Source: Eledone cirrhosa
Taxonomy: Eukaryota
Assembly: GCA_964016885.1 (NCBI GenBank)
Contig: OZ024746.1
Coordinates: forward strand, 37,758,001 to 37,822,000
DNA length: 64,000 nucleotides
Reading direction: 5' to 3'
Part shown: positions 1-9,935 of the stretch, in pieces
How positions within the stretch are numbered: position 1 is the first letter of the stretch
How the letters are laid out: each line of letters starts with the position of its first letter
Position numbers and translations under genes: made by a program
The notes under the pieces: generated by a model
Told to the model about the DNA's origin: nothing
Databases searched by the model: none
What the model saw: only the letters and a program-made list of their open reading frames with translations

Positions 1-400
1 TTGGTTGTAGCCAGAGAACTGCATGCGGTTGATGAAGTGTTGGATGTGTCTTTCCATTTCTGTTGGGTCGCACATGCGTGACACTTTCTTCATCACTCGT
101 ACCAAATCTGTGATCAGAATATTAAACTTAGCACTACTGGACATTGCTGAGTTTTTGAGTATCAGGTATTTGGAGGCCATGGGTTTAGCATAGTGTGAGT
201 GGAGAATTTGGGCTCTCTCGTCTATAGTGTTAATCCAGAGTTCAGTGTCTAATACAGGTAGTCTATTGTTAGGGTGTTTGGAAGGGAAGTCGATAGTTAC
301 AGTTATACTCTGGTGTATGGAATTAGCTATCTGCTGGATGCTTTCCATCGTGCTACGTTCTAAATCAAACTTCTTAGTGCTCTCTAGTGGGGGTGTTCTC
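1..400 (-). pseudogene. Penelope-like element RT C-terminal/thumb fragment (Neptune/Nematis-like), runs off the window edge
   Basis: Manual minus-strand translation gives STMESIQQIANSIHQSITVTIDFPSKHPNNRLPVLDTELW...HSHYAKPMASKYLILKNSAM, matching the PLE LP(F/V)LD and YxKPxxS motifs. A 35-bp inverted repeat (374-408/434-469) sits at its 5' junction. Confidence 0.65.
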
Positions 401-579
401 ATAACTATATTGATATCGTCTACATAACGAGAGTATAGTTATAAGAACACCCCCACTAGAGAGGACTAACAAGTATAAAAGACACAGAAACGAGAAGCGA
501 AAACCAACCAAACAGTGAGTGTGTTCTGTTATTAATTCTGGCAATATTACACAAATATGACCCTCCCCAAGTATAACAA

Positions 580-670
<91 letters not shown>

Positions 671-817
671 TATTTTCCGTTGTGTTGTAATATAAATATT
701 ACACACAGTAGATTATCAGCTCACGTAGAGTTTGCTCGACGGTTCCAGTTGTAGTTCCAAAAGTAATCCGGAGAAAAATAGAAAGATTTGAATGGATACA
801 GTTTAGTTGAAAGGAAT

Positions 818-934
818 TTATTGACACGTGTTTCTATAACAGTTACATAACCTAAAACAGCTATCTACAAACTTTTAGTTATGCAGACATTCAATATTTC
901 AATGTTATTATTTACTGTCATTTCATCAGAATAA
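818..934 (-). ncRNA. Type I hammerhead ribozyme, family A 3' pLTR
   Basis: Reverse complement of the motif at 5231-5347. Confidence 0.85.
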
Positions 935-1527
935 TATTACTGAGGACCTATTTAGTTTTTATAGAGAATATTAGGAGGGAGGGGTGAAGTTGTTAGAAGA
1001 ATAGTTGAAGGAGTGGTTTTTCGATAGCAGTGAGAATTCTTGGTGGCAGTGAGTAATTAGATTCCCATCTGTTGTTTTGACATTTTTTATAGAATATATT
1101 ATTGGTTATTTTTCTAAATCTATAGAAGGATTAGAGATAGTGAAGATATGCGTGGTTGGTTTTGTGTTTGCACTTAATTAACATTCAGACTTAAATTTTT
1201 CTTTCAAGCGTACGTATCCTTTCACCCACGCATTCACACACAAATATATTTGCACACCTCTACAAAATACATATACACACAATTCACATATTCATACTTA
1301 CATATATATACACATGCATACACATATATACACACATGCATTTATGTACATACATACGCGCTCATGTGTATACATTTTCATACTCAACTTATCTTTATAT
1401 ACACACGTATAGACACACACATATATACATACATACTCTAGTCCATGTGTACACACATACACATACATACACATCCATATACACATATATACATACACAT
1501 ATATACATACATATATATATATATATA

Positions 1528-1597
<70 letters not shown>

Positions 1598-1912
1598 TAC
1601 ACATACACACACATACACACATATACATATATATATATATATAAGCACTTTAATACATGAATACACTTACATCTAACTATACACATCAAACATATATATA
1701 TATTTACTTATTTATATACATTTTCACATATATATACATACTTATGGACGTTTTTAGACACATTCATTATCGCATATTTGTACCTATTCTCATCAGCATA
1801 TCTTTTCATTATTAGTATGGTAATTTAAGGTTATTAATATATGTTGAGAAGAGATTGTTTTTATATTTTTCTAACTAGATTAAGGTTTATATAGTTGGGG
1901 GATGTCCCTCTT

Positions 1913-4234
1913 TTATGTAATATTCGGCTTGTAGTGGGAAAAAAGGGTTTTAGTTCTGTGACGGCAGAATAATGTTCGTTCAATTCTGTTATTCAGCAGT
2001 TTCTTCTTGTGTGTGATTATGTAATAAATCTCAACATTACACAATTTGCAGAAATTTTGGCTCCTGGAAAAGCTTTGGGTTTTAGCTAATTTTTCCCATT
2101 TTAGGGTAAACTTTTGATCGCTATCCCTGAGCGTCCAAGCTTTTTCTGCTAGAGTTGTTACATTTCTTTGGCTCTGGTGTTTTATTGAGTAAGAATGCCT
2201 ATACAATCGAGATTTAAACGTTGTTGCCGTTGATCCCACGTAATACCACTCGTTGCCTCCGGATTTAATGGTACACTTATAAATAATATTTTTTTCCAGG
2301 CAGTTATTGCCGAGGGGGCAGTTGTCAGGATAGGTGCAGTTACAGTTGTGTACGTTGGGTTTTCTCTGGAGTAGTATTGCGGACGAACTTAGGTGTGGTT
2401 TATTTATGTTCTGTAGTGTATTGTCTACTGTTTTTTTTGTGTTCTTTGTACTTAAGTTCTTAGTGTTTTCGTTTAACCTTCTAGTATTGATCTTTTTTAT
2501 GTGTTGTTCAAGGTTTAACGCTGTAGAGTATGACAGTCTTATAGTGGTAGGGTTTAGGATTTTGTGGTATTTGTGTGATGTGGGAAAATGTCTTTTAATT
2601 ATTTTAAAGAAGAGTACTGGTAAATTTGTACTAATGGAGCTATTGTATTCGGGGTTATACCATAAGTACTCTTTGCATCGCTTTCTATTAGTTTTGTTTG
2701 TTGGTTTACTGGTGTGCATACTATGGTAGTAAGTGTGGTTTGGTGTTGTGTTATTATATCTACCTATGTGGGATTTATTTTGGGTGTTTTGATTGTTCCC
2801 ATCTATGTACTCTATTTTGTTGAGGTAGCCTGCTTTACTAAGGGCGTTATCGTAGTACTCGGCGTGTTCCTTAAATACTTGTATGTTAGAAGATAGAGCC
2901 GAGATTCTAAGGGAAATATTTTTAGGGATAGATTTAATTATAGAGAAGGGGTGGTTAGACCCAACGTTTACGTATTTGAGATTTTCATTCAATTTATGAA
3001 ACGGTTTAATCAAACCAGAGTTTAAATTGAGTGTGACATCCAGGAAGTTAACTACTTTAAGGTTGTATTCATATGTTATAGTTAGTCCTATTTCGAGTAG
3101 TAGTTTTCTTATATCTTTGCGTAGTTTTTCTAGTTTTTGGTTATTAAGGTTTTTAGCTAGGAGGAGAACATCGTCGCGGTATATTCCGCCGTGGAGATTG
3201 CTGAATTTTTCCTGGAGTCTAAAGGCGATAAATAACCCCACAATATCAGTTATTTCCGCCGAATCGTTAGAGCCCATTGTTATGTCAAAGTTAGAGGGTC
3301 TATCTTTACGTACCCAATAACTGTTCTCAAATTTGACTATAGTTTTCCTAGCTTCTAATATAATCTTAATTTCATCGTTTGTAAGGTCAGAGTTATCCTT
3401 AGCAAACTTAATGGCTCTATTCAAAGTTTCAGGTGATATCGATGAGTAATATTCATCGATATCAAACTGGATAAACTTAGATTTATTCTTATTGCTAATG
3501 CTATTAAACCATCTTATTGCTTCCTGGGTCTTCCCCCAGAGTTTAATGTTAACCTTAGCCTTAATTTGGGGGATGATTCTATCTAAGATATATTTGCTTA
3601 TTTTACCTATATCTGATTTAGAGGGGCAGATTAATCTAATTTTAGGGTCATTATCAAAGTTTACCTTGTGGTCCTTAAGATTGAAGGTGGGTACCGCCGG
3701 TAAGAGTGGTCCTGTCCTATCTTCGATTCCGAGATTTTTCACTATTTCGCATGCCTCATCATTGATGTGCTTAAGGGTTACTTCACTCGTTTTTCTATAT
3801 TTTTTATGTAATTCTTTTCGAATGAAGTTGTTGTATGTAGTGCAATCCATAGTGTACAGGTTTGATGTTTTGTCCGCTTTTACTACAATTCCTTTGGTGT
3901 TTTTAAGGTCGTCCAGTAGTTTTTTTATATCTTTCTGTAATTTGCTGTTGGTGTTGCGTCCTTTGAATTTAATTTTAAGGATTAAGTTCATAAGGTCCTG
4001 CTCAAATGCATCTAATAGTGGGTTGGTGGGTGGGTTTTTACAAGTCCTAAAACCGAATTTGTTGTTTACACCACTTTCTAATGTTGAGTTCATACGGCTT
4101 CTATCATAGTGGAGCGTTTTCCACCTGACACGTCGAATGAATTCATTAGTTTTTTGAATCATGCTCAATAAATATTCCTTTCTACCCTGGGTTGGTATGT
4201 TTTTGAGTGACATATCCAGGTAGTGTTTTTCCAT
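1913..4234 (-). CDS. Intact PLE polyprotein: reverse transcriptase + C-terminal GIY-YIG endonuclease (Naiad-type), 773 aa
   Basis: N-terminal SLKNIP and KADKT. RT motifs FIQFDIDEYYSSI, ITMGSNDSAEI, YRDD, VNFLDVTL. CNC..CPL..C, then IIYKC...YYVGST..FKSRLYRH, CKLC..E, LLN.R.E...CRH. Confidence 0.95.
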   Translation of the reverse strand: MEKHYLDMSLKNIPTQGRKEYLLSMIQKTNEFIRRVRWKTLHYDRSRMNSTLESGVNNKFGFRTCKNPPTNPLLDAFEQDLMNLILKIKFKGRNTNSKLQKDIKKLLDDLKNTKGIVVKADKTSNLYTMDCTTYNNFIRKELHKKYRKTSEVTLKHINDEACEIVKNLGIEDRTGPLLPAVPTFNLKDHKVNFDNDPKIRLICPSKSDIGKISKYILDRIIPQIKAKVNIKLWGKTQEAIRWFNSISNKNKSKFIQFDIDEYYSSISPETLNRAIKFAKDNSDLTNDEIKIILEARKTIVKFENSYWVRKDRPSNFDITMGSNDSAEITDIVGLFIAFRLQEKFSNLHGGIYRDDVLLLAKNLNNQKLEKLRKDIRKLLLEIGLTITYEYNLKVVNFLDVTLNLNSGLIKPFHKLNENLKYVNVGSNHPFSIIKSIPKNISLRISALSSNIQVFKEHAEYYDNALSKAGYLNKIEYIDGNNQNTQNKSHIGRYNNTTPNHTYYHSMHTSKPTNKTNRKRCKEYLWYNPEYNSSISTNLPVLFFKIIKRHFPTSHKYHKILNPTTIRLSYSTALNLEQHIKKINTRRLNENTKNLSTKNTKKTVDNTLQNINKPHLSSSAILLQRKPNVHNCNCTYPDNCPLGNNCLEKNIIYKCTIKSGGNEWYYVGSTATTFKSRLYRHSYSIKHQSQRNVTTLAEKAWTLRDSDQKFTLKWEKLAKTQSFSRSQNFCKLCNVEIYYIITHKKKLLNNRIERTLFCRHRTKTLFSHYKPNIT

Positions 4235-4438
4235 TGTTATGGTTGCGTTTGCTGTGTGGGTTGCTCGACTTTACAGGAGGTAAATATACAGTATTTTCCG
4301 TTGTGTTGTAATATAAATATTACACACAGTAGATTATCAGCTCACGTAGAGTTTGCTCGACGGTTCCAGTTGTAGTTCCAAAAGTAATCCGGAGAAAAAT
4401 AGAAAGATTTGAATGGATACAGTTTAGTTGAAAGGAAT

Positions 4439-4555
4439 TTATTGACACGTGTTTCTATAACAGTTACATAACCTAAAACAGCTATCTACAAACTTTTAGT
4501 TATGCAGACATTCAATATTTCAATGTTATTATTTACTGTCATTTCATCAGAATAA
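4439..4555 (-). ncRNA. Type I hammerhead ribozyme, family A 5' pLTR
   Basis: Reverse complement of the motif at 5231-5347. Confidence 0.85.
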
Positions 4556-5230
4556 TATTACTGAGGACCTATTTAGTTTTTATAGAGAATATTAGGAGGG
4601 AGGGGTGAAGTTGTTAGAAGAATAGTTGAAGGAGTGGTTTTTCGATAGCAGTGAGAATTCTTGGTGGCAGTGAGTAATTAGATTCCCATCTGTTGTTGGG
4701 ACATTTTTTATAGAATATATTATTGGTTATTTTTCTAAATCTATAGAAGGATTAGAGATAGTGAAGATATGCGTGGTTGGTTTTGTGTTTGCACTTAATT
4801 AACATTCAGACTTAAATTTTTCTTTCAAGTGTACGTATCCTTTCACCCACGCATTCACACATTGTAAGTATGAATATGTGAATTGTGTGTATATGTATTT
4901 TGTAGAGGTGTGCAAATATATTTGTGTGTGAATGCGTGGGTGAAAGGATACGTACACTTGAAAGAAAAATTTAAGTCTGAATGTTAATTAAGTGCAAACA
5001 CAAAACCAACCACGCATATCTTCACTATCTCTAATCCTTCTATAGATTTAGAAAAATAACCAATAATATATTCTATAAAAAATGTCAAAACAACAGATGG
5101 GAATCTAATTACTCACTGCCACCAAGAATTCTCACTGCTATCGAAAAACCACTCCTTCAACTATTCTTCTAACAACTTCACCCCTCCCTCCTAATATTCT
5201 CTATAAAAACTAAATAGGTCCTCAGTAATA

Positions 5231-5347
5231 TTATTCTGATGAAATGACAGTAAATAATAACATTGAAATATTGAATGTCTGCATAACTAAAAGTTTGTAG
5301 ATAGCTGTTTTAGGTTATGTAACTGTTATAGAAACACGTGTCAATAA
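5231..5347 (+). ncRNA. Type I hammerhead ribozyme with extended stem II, family A 5' pLTR
   Basis: ttatt-CTGATGA-a-atgacagt...actgttat-a-GAAA-cacgtg-TC-aataa. Stem I ttatt/aataa, 8-bp stem II, palindromic stem III CACGTG, predicted cleavage after 5342. Confidence 0.88.
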
Positions 5348-5551
5348 ATTCCTTTCAACTAAACTGTATCCATTCAAATCTTTCTATTTTTCTCCGGATT
5401 ACTTTTGGAACTACAACTGGAACCGTCGAGCAAACTCTACGTGAGCTGATAATCTACTGTGTGTAATATTTATATTACAACACAACGGAAAATACTGTAT
5501 ATTTACCTCCTGTAAAGTCGAGCAACCCACACAGCAAACGCAACCACAACA

Positions 5552-7900
5552 ATGGAAAAACACTACCTGGATATGTCACTCAAAAACATACCAACCCAGG
5601 GTAGAAAGGAATATTTATTGAGCATGATTCAAAAAACTAATGAATTCATTCGACGTGTCAGGTGGAAAACGCTCCACTATGATAGAAGCCGTATGAACTC
5701 AACATTAGAAAGTGGTGTAAACAACAAATTCGGTTTTAGGACTTGTAAAAACCCACCCACCAACCCACTATTAGATGCATTTGATCAGGACCTTATGAAC
5801 TTAATCCTTAAAATTAAATTCAAAGGACGCAACACCAACAGCAAATTACAGAAAGATATAAAAAATCTACTGGACGACCTTAAAAACACCAAAGGAATTG
5901 TAGTAAAAGCGGACAAAACATCAAACCTGTACACTATGGATTGCACTACATACAACAACTTCATTCGAAAAGAATTACATAAAAAATATAGAAAAACGAG
6001 TGAAGTAACCCTTAAGCACATCAATGATGAGGCATGCGAAATAGTGAAAAATCTCGGAATCGAAGATAGGACAGGACCACTCTTACCGGCGGTACCCACC
6101 TTCAATCTTAAGGACCACAAGGTAAACTTTGATAATGACCCTAAAATTAGATTAATCTGCCCCTCTAAATCAGATATAGGTAAAATAAGCAAATATATCT
6201 TAGATAGAATCATCCCCCAAATTAAGGCTAAGGTTAACATTAAACTCTGGGGGAAGACCCAGGAAGCAATAAGATGGTTTAATAGCATTAGCAATAAGAA
6301 TAAATCTAAGTTTATCCAGTTTGATATCGATGAATATTACTCATCGATATCACCTGAAACTTTGAATAGAGCCATTAAGTTTGCTAAGGATAACTCTGAC
6401 CTTACAAACGATGAAATTAAGATTATATTAGAAGCTAGGAAAACTATAGTCAAATTTGAGAACAGTTATTGGGTACGTAAAGATAGACCCTCTAACTTTG
6501 ACATAACAATGGGCTCTAACGATTCGGCGGAAATAACTGATATTGTGGGGTTATTTATCGCCTTTAGACTCCAGGAAAAATTCAGCAATCTCCACGGCGG
6601 AATATACCGCGACGATGTTCTCCTCCTAGCTAAAAACCTTAATAACCAAAAACTAGAAAAACTACGCAAAGATATAAGAAAACTACTACTCGAAATAGGA
6701 CTAACTATAACATATGAATACAACCTTAAAGTAGTTAACTTCCTGGATGTCACACTCAATTTAAACTCTGGTTTGATTAAACCGTTTCATAAATTGAATG
6801 AAAATCTCAAATACGTAAACGTTGGGTCTAACCACCCCTTCTCTATAATTAAATCTATCCCTAAAAATATTTCCCTTAGAATCTCGGGTCTATCTTCTAA
6901 CATACAAGTATTTAAGGAACACGCCGAGTACTACGATAACGCCCTTAGTAAAGCAGGCTACCTCAACAAAATAGAGTACATAGATGGGAACAATCAAAAC
7001 ACCCAAATTAAATCCCACATAGGTAGATATAATAACACAACACCAAACCACACTTACTACCATAGTATGCACACCAGTAAACCAACAAACAAAACTAATA
7101 GAAAGCGATGCAAAGAGTACTTATGGTATAACCCCGAATACAATAGCTCCATTAGTACAAATTTACCAGTACTCTTCTTTAAAATAATTAAAAGACATTT
7201 TCCCACATCACACAAATACCACAAAATCCTAAACCCTACCACTATAAGACTGTCATACTCTACAGCGTTAAACCTTGAACAACACATAAAAAAGATCAAT
7301 ACTAGAAGGTTAAACGAAAACACTAAGAACTTAAGTACAAAGAACACAAAAAAAACAGTAGACAATACACTACAGAACATAAATAAACCACACCTAAGTT
7401 CGTCCGCAATACTACTCCAGAGAAAACCCAACGTACACAACTGTAACTGCACCTATCCTGACAACTGCCCCCTCGGCAATAACTGCCTGGAAAAAAATAT
7501 TATTTATAAGTGTACCATTAAATCCGGAGGCAACGAGTGGTATTACGTGGGATCAACGGCAACAACGTTTAAATCTCGATTGTATAGGCATTCTTACTCA
7601 ATAAAATACCAGAGCCAAAGAAATGTAACAACTCTAGCAGAAAAAGCTTGGACGCTCAGGGATAGCGATCAAAAGTTTACCCTAAAATGGGAAAAATTAG
7701 CTGAAACCCAAAGCTTTTCCAGGAGCCAAAATTTCTGCAAATTGTGTAATCTTGAGATTTATTACATAATCACACACAAGAAGAAACTGCTGAATAACAG
7801 AATTGAACGAACATTAATTCTGCCGTCACAGAACAAAAACCCTTTTTTCCCACTACAAGCCGAATATTACATAAAAGAGGGACATCCCCCAACTATATAA
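5552..7900 (+). CDS. Second copy of the PLE RT/GIY-YIG ORF, with a +1 frameshift near the C-terminus
   Basis: Seven amino-acid differences from 1913..4234. 'acattaattctgccg' (about 7816) versus 'acattattctgccg' replaces the terminal FCRHRTK with ILPSQNK. Confidence 0.92.
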   Translation: MEKHYLDMSLKNIPTQGRKEYLLSMIQKTNEFIRRVRWKTLHYDRSRMNSTLESGVNNKFGFRTCKNPPTNPLLDAFDQDLMNLILKIKFKGRNTNSKLQKDIKNLLDDLKNTKGIVVKADKTSNLYTMDCTTYNNFIRKELHKKYRKTSEVTLKHINDEACEIVKNLGIEDRTGPLLPAVPTFNLKDHKVNFDNDPKIRLICPSKSDIGKISKYILDRIIPQIKAKVNIKLWGKTQEAIRWFNSISNKNKSKFIQFDIDEYYSSISPETLNRAIKFAKDNSDLTNDEIKIILEARKTIVKFENSYWVRKDRPSNFDITMGSNDSAEITDIVGLFIAFRLQEKFSNLHGGIYRDDVLLLAKNLNNQKLEKLRKDIRKLLLEIGLTITYEYNLKVVNFLDVTLNLNSGLIKPFHKLNENLKYVNVGSNHPFSIIKSIPKNISLRISGLSSNIQVFKEHAEYYDNALSKAGYLNKIEYIDGNNQNTQIKSHIGRYNNTTPNHTYYHSMHTSKPTNKTNRKRCKEYLWYNPEYNSSISTNLPVLFFKIIKRHFPTSHKYHKILNPTTIRLSYSTALNLEQHIKKINTRRLNENTKNLSTKNTKKTVDNTLQNINKPHLSSSAILLQRKPNVHNCNCTYPDNCPLGNNCLEKNIIYKCTIKSGGNEWYYVGSTATTFKSRLYRHSYSIKYQSQRNVTTLAEKAWTLRDSDQKFTLKWEKLAETQSFSRSQNFCKLCNLEIYYIITHKKKLLNNRIERTLILPSQNKNPFFPLQAEYYIKEGHPPTI

Positions 7901-8189
7901 ACCTTAATCTAGTTAGAAAAATATAAAAACAATCTCTTCTCAACATATATTAATAACCTTAAATTACCATACTAATAATGAAAAGATATGCTGATGAGAA
8001 TAGGTACAAATATGCGATAATGAATGTGTCTAAAAACGTCCATAAGTATGTATATATATGTGAAAATGTATATAAATAAGTAAATATATATATATGTTTG
8101 ATGTGTATAGTTAGATGTAAGTGTATTCATGTATTAAAGTGCTTATATATATATATATATGTATATGTGTGTATGTGTGTGTATGTGTA

Positions 8190-8229
<40 letters not shown>

Positions 8230-8234
8230 TATAT

Positions 8235-8272
<38 letters not shown>

Positions 8273-8822
8273 GTGTATATGGATGTGTATGTATGTGTAT
8301 GTGTGTACACATGGACTAGAGTATGTATGTATATATGTGTGTGTCTATACGTGTGTATATAAAGATAAGTTGAGTATGAAAATGTATACACATGAGCGCG
8401 TATGTATGTACATAAATGCATGTGTGTATATATGTGTATGCATGTGTATATATATGTAAATATGAATATGTGAATTGTGTGTATATGTATTTTGTAGAGG
8501 TGTGCAAATATATTTGTGTGTGAATGCGTGGGTGAAAGGATACGTACGCTTGAAAGAAAAATTTAAGTCTGAATGTTAATTAAGTGCAAACACAAAACCA
8601 ACCACGCATATCTTCACTATCTCTAATCCTTCTATAGATTTAGAAAAATAACCAATAATATATTCTATAAAAAATGTCAAAACAACAGATGGGAATCTAA
8701 TTACTCACTGCCACCAAGAATTCTCACTGCTATCGAAAAACCACTCCTTCAACTATTCTTCTAACAACTTCACCCCTCCCTCCTAATATTCTCTATAAAA
8801 ACTAAATAGGTCCTCAGTAATA

Positions 8823-8939
8823 TTATTCTGATGAAATGACAGTAAATAATAACATTGAAATATTGAATGTCTGCATAACTAAAAGTTTGTAGATAGCTGT
8901 TTTAGGTTATGTAACTGTTATAGAAACACGTGTCAATAA
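8823..8939 (+). ncRNA. Type I hammerhead ribozyme, family A 3' pLTR
   Basis: Same motif as 5231-5347; predicted cleavage after 8934. Confidence 0.85.
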
Positions 8940-8973
8940 ATTCCTTTCAACTAAACTGTATCCATTCAAATCT

Positions 8974-9042
<69 letters not shown>

Positions 9043-9380
9043 TGTATATACAAATATAAGTATAAGGGACGTAACTATGCTAGAAAGCATGGCGTCCAAC
9101 CCTCTACCGATACTGCCAATAATAATGAAATTAAATATATTTACAATAAGGATGTGCCAATTTACCATAACTATAATTATAATTATAATAGGAATCTTGC
9201 AATAACTCGAAAATCAAATGAAGAAATAGAAATAGAAATATATTATAGTTCGCTTCCCCTTTCTCATTAAGTATTAAGTATTAAAACTCCAATAGCTAAA
9301 CTATTTTTTAAAGCTTTAGATAACTGTTTCCCTAAGACGCATAGGTATTACTCAATCTTTAATAGACATACTCTACAACT

Positions 9381-9935
9381 ATGAATTTAGCGCAGAATAT
9401 TAATAGAATTAATAATAGAAACTTAAAACTTAACCATAATAGCATTAATACCTCTAGCAATATCCAATATAATGATATAGTTCCCAAAAATATAAATCCC
9501 GATAAATGTAATTGTAGAAATATATCTAACTGTCCTCTAGATAATAACAATAACTGTTTAGTTAAAAATATAGTATACAATTGTAATGTCAAAACCAAAG
9601 ATAATTCCTTCAACTATGTCGGCTCTAATTCGACAGACTTCAAATCTTGTTTCAATAACCATAATTGTTCATTTACGAATATTAGCAAGAAATCTTCAAC
9701 TTCTCTATCCAACCTATTATGGAATTTAAAATCCAAGAATATAAAATACTCTTTAGTTTGGAAAATTGTCTCCAAATCACCATGCTACACAGGTTTATCC
9801 AATTTTTGTAGTCTTTGTGTAGAGGAAATATACTTTATACTAAAATCTAAGAACTCTGTTAATTTGCGGAATAATTTATTTAGTTATTGTAAACATCGGT
9901 TAAACTCAACTTTTAGATATATATATAAAATGTAA
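9381..9935 (+). pseudogene. GIY-YIG endonuclease domain of a PLE
   Basis: CNCR..CPL...CLVKNIVYNC...YVGS...FKSCFNNH..SF...TSLS..LW.LK...CSLCVEE...N.R......CKHR. Confidence 0.85.

Larger units (their letters stand above)
668..8979. mobile_element. Head-to-head palindromic dimer of a Naiad-type Penelope-like retrotransposon (family A); centre about 4861
   Basis: Left arm 668-4861 (minus) and right arm 4863-8979 (plus) are near-identical inverted copies. Each is 5' partial pseudo-LTR + ORF + 3' UTR/pLTR. Both outer ends abut (TA)n. Confidence 0.95.

Noticed and set aside
2334-4109. Antisense ORFs overlapping the PLE ORFs (also 5785-7452, 29705-31138, 48073-49027)
   Set aside because: They are shadows of the A/C-rich coding strand with no recognisable motifs.
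1913-4234. Selenoprotein-type Naiad (in-frame UGA reported for some Naiads)
   Set aside because: The ORF is uninterrupted with ordinary Cys codons, so no recoding is needed.
7987-8044. Second HHR in the family A UTR (tatg-CTGATGA...aaaaacGTC-cata)
   Set aside because: GAAA is absent in all three copies and stem II does not pair; at most a relic.
668-8979. Palindromes as sequencing or assembly fold-back artefacts
   Set aside because: The arms carry independent substitutions and indels, and asymmetric ends recur at separate loci. Not formally excluded without reads.
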